Of a stretch of DNA of 64,000 bases, positions 61,011-64,000 are shown piece after piece. The stretch comes from Obrimoposthia wandeli (taxonomy: Eukaryota), in NCBI GenBank assembly GCA_977020255.1, contig CDROCS010003418.1:744001-808000 (forward strand), written 5' to 3'. Under the pieces are notes generated by a model that did no database searches, was not told where the DNA came from, and saw only the letters and a list, made by a program, of their open reading frames with translations. Every line of letters begins with the position of its first letter. Position 1 is the stretch's first letter. The translations under genes and the position numbers were made by a program.

Positions 61011-64000
61011 GGTCCGAAGCCTCATTGAAAAAAATAATGATATATTCTCTAGATATCAGCTTATGCACAGGTCCCAGAAGCAGAAGAAAACGTTGAGGAC
61101 TTTGTGACTGCTCTACAAGTTCTCACCACAATCTGGAACTTCAAAACTACCACGGCAGAAGTACACCGAGACGAGTATATCCGGGACGCCTTCGTGTCAG
61201 AAATTAAACTGCAGTCAACTCGGCAAAGACTTCTAGAAAACGAAGAACTGAGTCTAACTCAAGCAATCTCCCAAGCTCAATCTCTGGAAGCTGCTACGGA
61301 GAACTCAGGCGCTTATGTTAGAAGATCAAAACATTAAGACGCGGTCCATAACCTCCCACAATCAGAAGAAATATCAGAATTTCTTACGACAGCAGCATTC
61401 CAAAATTGAGGGAAATGTTACTTCTGCGGAAAAGAATATCATGTAAGAAATCTATGTCCAGCAAAAAATGCAACGTGCAACAAATGCATGAAAACTGGAC
61501 ACTTCTCCAGCGTATGTCTGTCGAGAAAGAAAGATACATCACGCAGCGACACATCTAGCAAATGCAGTCATCAAATCCCCTACAGAACTCAGAAAAGCAA
61601 TAGGACAAATAAAGATCCTCTACGGGTATCACGATGCATTAATCGACAGTGGAAGCGAACTCAGTTTCATCGACAGAAACATAGATAAGTGTATAAAATT
61701 TTCAGGCCAAAAAATGTCAATATATCTGGCTTCCAACAACAATAAAACAACCTCTACAACGTTCTGTTTCATGGATTTTGAACTTAACAATGTGCCGTAT
61801 AGAAATCAACGATTGAACGTACTGGATAACCTATGTACTCCAGTAATCCTTGGTCAAAACTTTATGAAAAACATAAATCAATAACCTTCAAATTTGACAG
61901 AGAGACTGCTGACACTAGCATCTGTCTTACCAATGTATATTGAACCGCCATGAATCTTCGAGAACATGAGAGACGACGTATTTCCCATCGCGACCAAATC
62001 AAGAACCTACTGCTATTCAGACCTGAACTTCATAAAACTCAAAGTCGAAAAATTATTAAAGGGTGGCATCATCGAGAAATCATCGTCCTCATGGAGAGCT
62101 CAAGTACTCGTCACAAACAGGAACACGAAGAAGCGTCTATTAATCGACTACTCACAGACGATCAACAAATTCAGCATTTTAGACGCGTACCCATTACCTA
62201 ACATTGACGAACTAGTGCGAGAAATATCAAAAAATAAACACTTTAGCAAACTGGACCTGCGATCAGCCTACCACCAGGTACCTCTGCACTCAGACGACAA
62301 AATATTCACGGCTTTCCAAGCCTTCGGTAACTTATATCAGTTCAGACGCCTTCCACTAGCAGTTACTAATGCCGTCAGCGCTTTCCAACGGACTATGAAC
62401 AGCATCATCGACGATAACCATCTCAAAGACACCTACACTTATCTAGATGACATAATCACCGTCGGGCCATCACTAGAAGATCATGACGAAAACGTCAATA
62501 AATTCCTTGAAGTGGTTAAAAAAGTCCAAATCTCGCTCAACATGGATAAATTCTTGCTTCGAAAAACGTCCATAAATTTTCTTGGATATAAAATAGAAGA
62601 GAATTCAATGCGCCTGAACCAGAAAGGTTAATATCAATTACTGATTACCTATTACCAACCAATGCAAAGAAATTGCAGAGACTAAGTGGACGCCTGGACT
62701 ATTACGCCAAATGAATACCATCATTTTTAGACAAAATCCAACCTCTTCTGAAAGCAACATTTTCTCTGTCCCTGTCAACAAAAACAGCACTCTCTCAATT
62801 AAAAAGGAAATCTTATCATCCACACTATCTTCAATCAAACTCAATGTCCCGGTTGAAATTCAAACGGATGCTTCAAAAACCGCCTTATCGGGAGTCATGC
62901 TGCAAGAAAATAAACATATTGCATTCTTCTCCAGAACCCTGAACTCGGACGAAGAAAAATTATCTTCAATCGAGAAAGAAGCAATGGCGATCGTCGAAAG
63001 TGTGCGAAAATGAAGATCAATATTGATCACGAACCACTTTTCAATCAAAACTGACCAAAAGGCAAAAAGAAATGGAAAAGCTAAAATGACAAAATTCTTC
63101 GATGGAGAATTGAGTTGTCTTTATATTCCAATGACGTAACACACATCCCAGGTGAACTCAATCTAGCTGCAGACGCAATGTCCAGATGCAACGCGATCAA
63201 ATCCAAAACGGTTCTTGAAATACATCAAGCATTGGTCCACCCAGAAATTACGAGGCTCAGGCATTTCATCATAAGCAAAAACCTCTATAAAGGAAGTCAG
63301 AGACATTTGTGAAAATTGCAAAACATGTGCAATACTCAAACCACAATACTATCGACCCGAGATGTCACAGCTAATAAAATCGACGTGACCCTTTGAAAGA
63401 TTGAGTATAGACTTCAAAGGACTGCTACCGCAATCCAGCCCTTACCGATACCTCCTAGTGATGATAGATGATTATTCCAGATTCCCATTTGCCTACCCCT
63501 GCAAAAGCATGGAAGCACACACAGTAAAAACGTGCCTCGTCGATCTCTTCTCCTCATTTGGGTGTCCTTCGTCAATTCACACCGATCGAGGTACCCAATT
63601 TATGGGTCAAGAAGTCAGGGAATTCTTAACAAAACACAAAGTCGCCCAAACCTGAACAACACCATATCATCCATCGAGAAATGGTCAAGTAGAGCGACTA
63701 AATGGGACACTCTGGAAAACTATATCTTTAACTATACACAGCAGAAAGCTAACCCCATCTTCATGGAAAGAGGTTTTGCAAGAAGCGCTACATTCTATTC
63801 GATCTTTACTGTGCACCTCCACAAATTGCACTCCACACGAAATACTTTTTAATCACAAAAGACAATCAGCATTCGGAAGAAGCCTGCCCACATGGCTAAA
63901 CAAACCAGGAATCGTACTTCTAAGAAGACAAACTTAAAAGACAATAAATATGAGCCCTCGGTAATAGAGGTCGATCTTATCGAGGCTAATCAACAGTATG
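61010..64000 (+). mobile_element. pol: Gypsy retrotransposon, 5' truncated: gag, protease, RT, RNase H, integrase (decayed)
   Basis: CYFCGKEYH..C knuckle, ALIDSGS protease, RT ORF 61966-62631 (LDLRSAYHQV, YLDD), QTDAS and EKEAMAIVES RNase H, SIDFKG and IHTDRG integrase. Confidence 0.95.

Noticed and set aside
15799-63013. UGA=Trp genetic code (TGA at conserved Trp positions at 12102, 15799, 23231, 59654 and 63011)
   Set aside because: The same genes use TGG for other Trp residues and carry frameshifts, and TGA terminates the ATPase and minor capsid at ATGA overlaps. G-to-A decay of TGG explains it.

Overview
Very AT-rich eukaryotic DNA with short GT-AG introns (about 35-70 nt). The mobile-element mix looks animal-like, but the host cannot be named from this window. 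It is almost entirely a nested graveyard of mobile elements, and I found no clearly intact host housekeeping gene, rRNA, tRNA or CRISPR array. Main contents: (1) a decayed but nearly complete Polinton/Maverick (adintovirus-like) module at about 13.6-23.4 kb (packaging ATPase, integrase with chromodomain, minor capsid, small Gly-rich protein, major capsid, adenain protease, protein-primed PolB), a second partial copy at about 55.0-61.0 kb, and a third fragment at 1-1.1 kb; (2) Gypsy remnants, plus BEL/Pao, LINE, hAT and pogo-like remnants; (3) two families of solo-LTR-like elements, four copies with exact 4-bp target-site duplications. Most interesting observations: two type I hammerhead ribozymes with compensatory stem changes at the 3' end of a dispersed ~0.6-kb GC-rich unit; a spliced Polinton-associated zinc-finger-like gene family in which two divergent copies keep a stop codon (TAG vs TAA) at the same aligned position between the Cys and His ligands; and an in-frame 129-bp segment in PolB that is near-identical to part of an HTH gene 4.7 kb away. 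All alignments were done by eye and no database searches were run.
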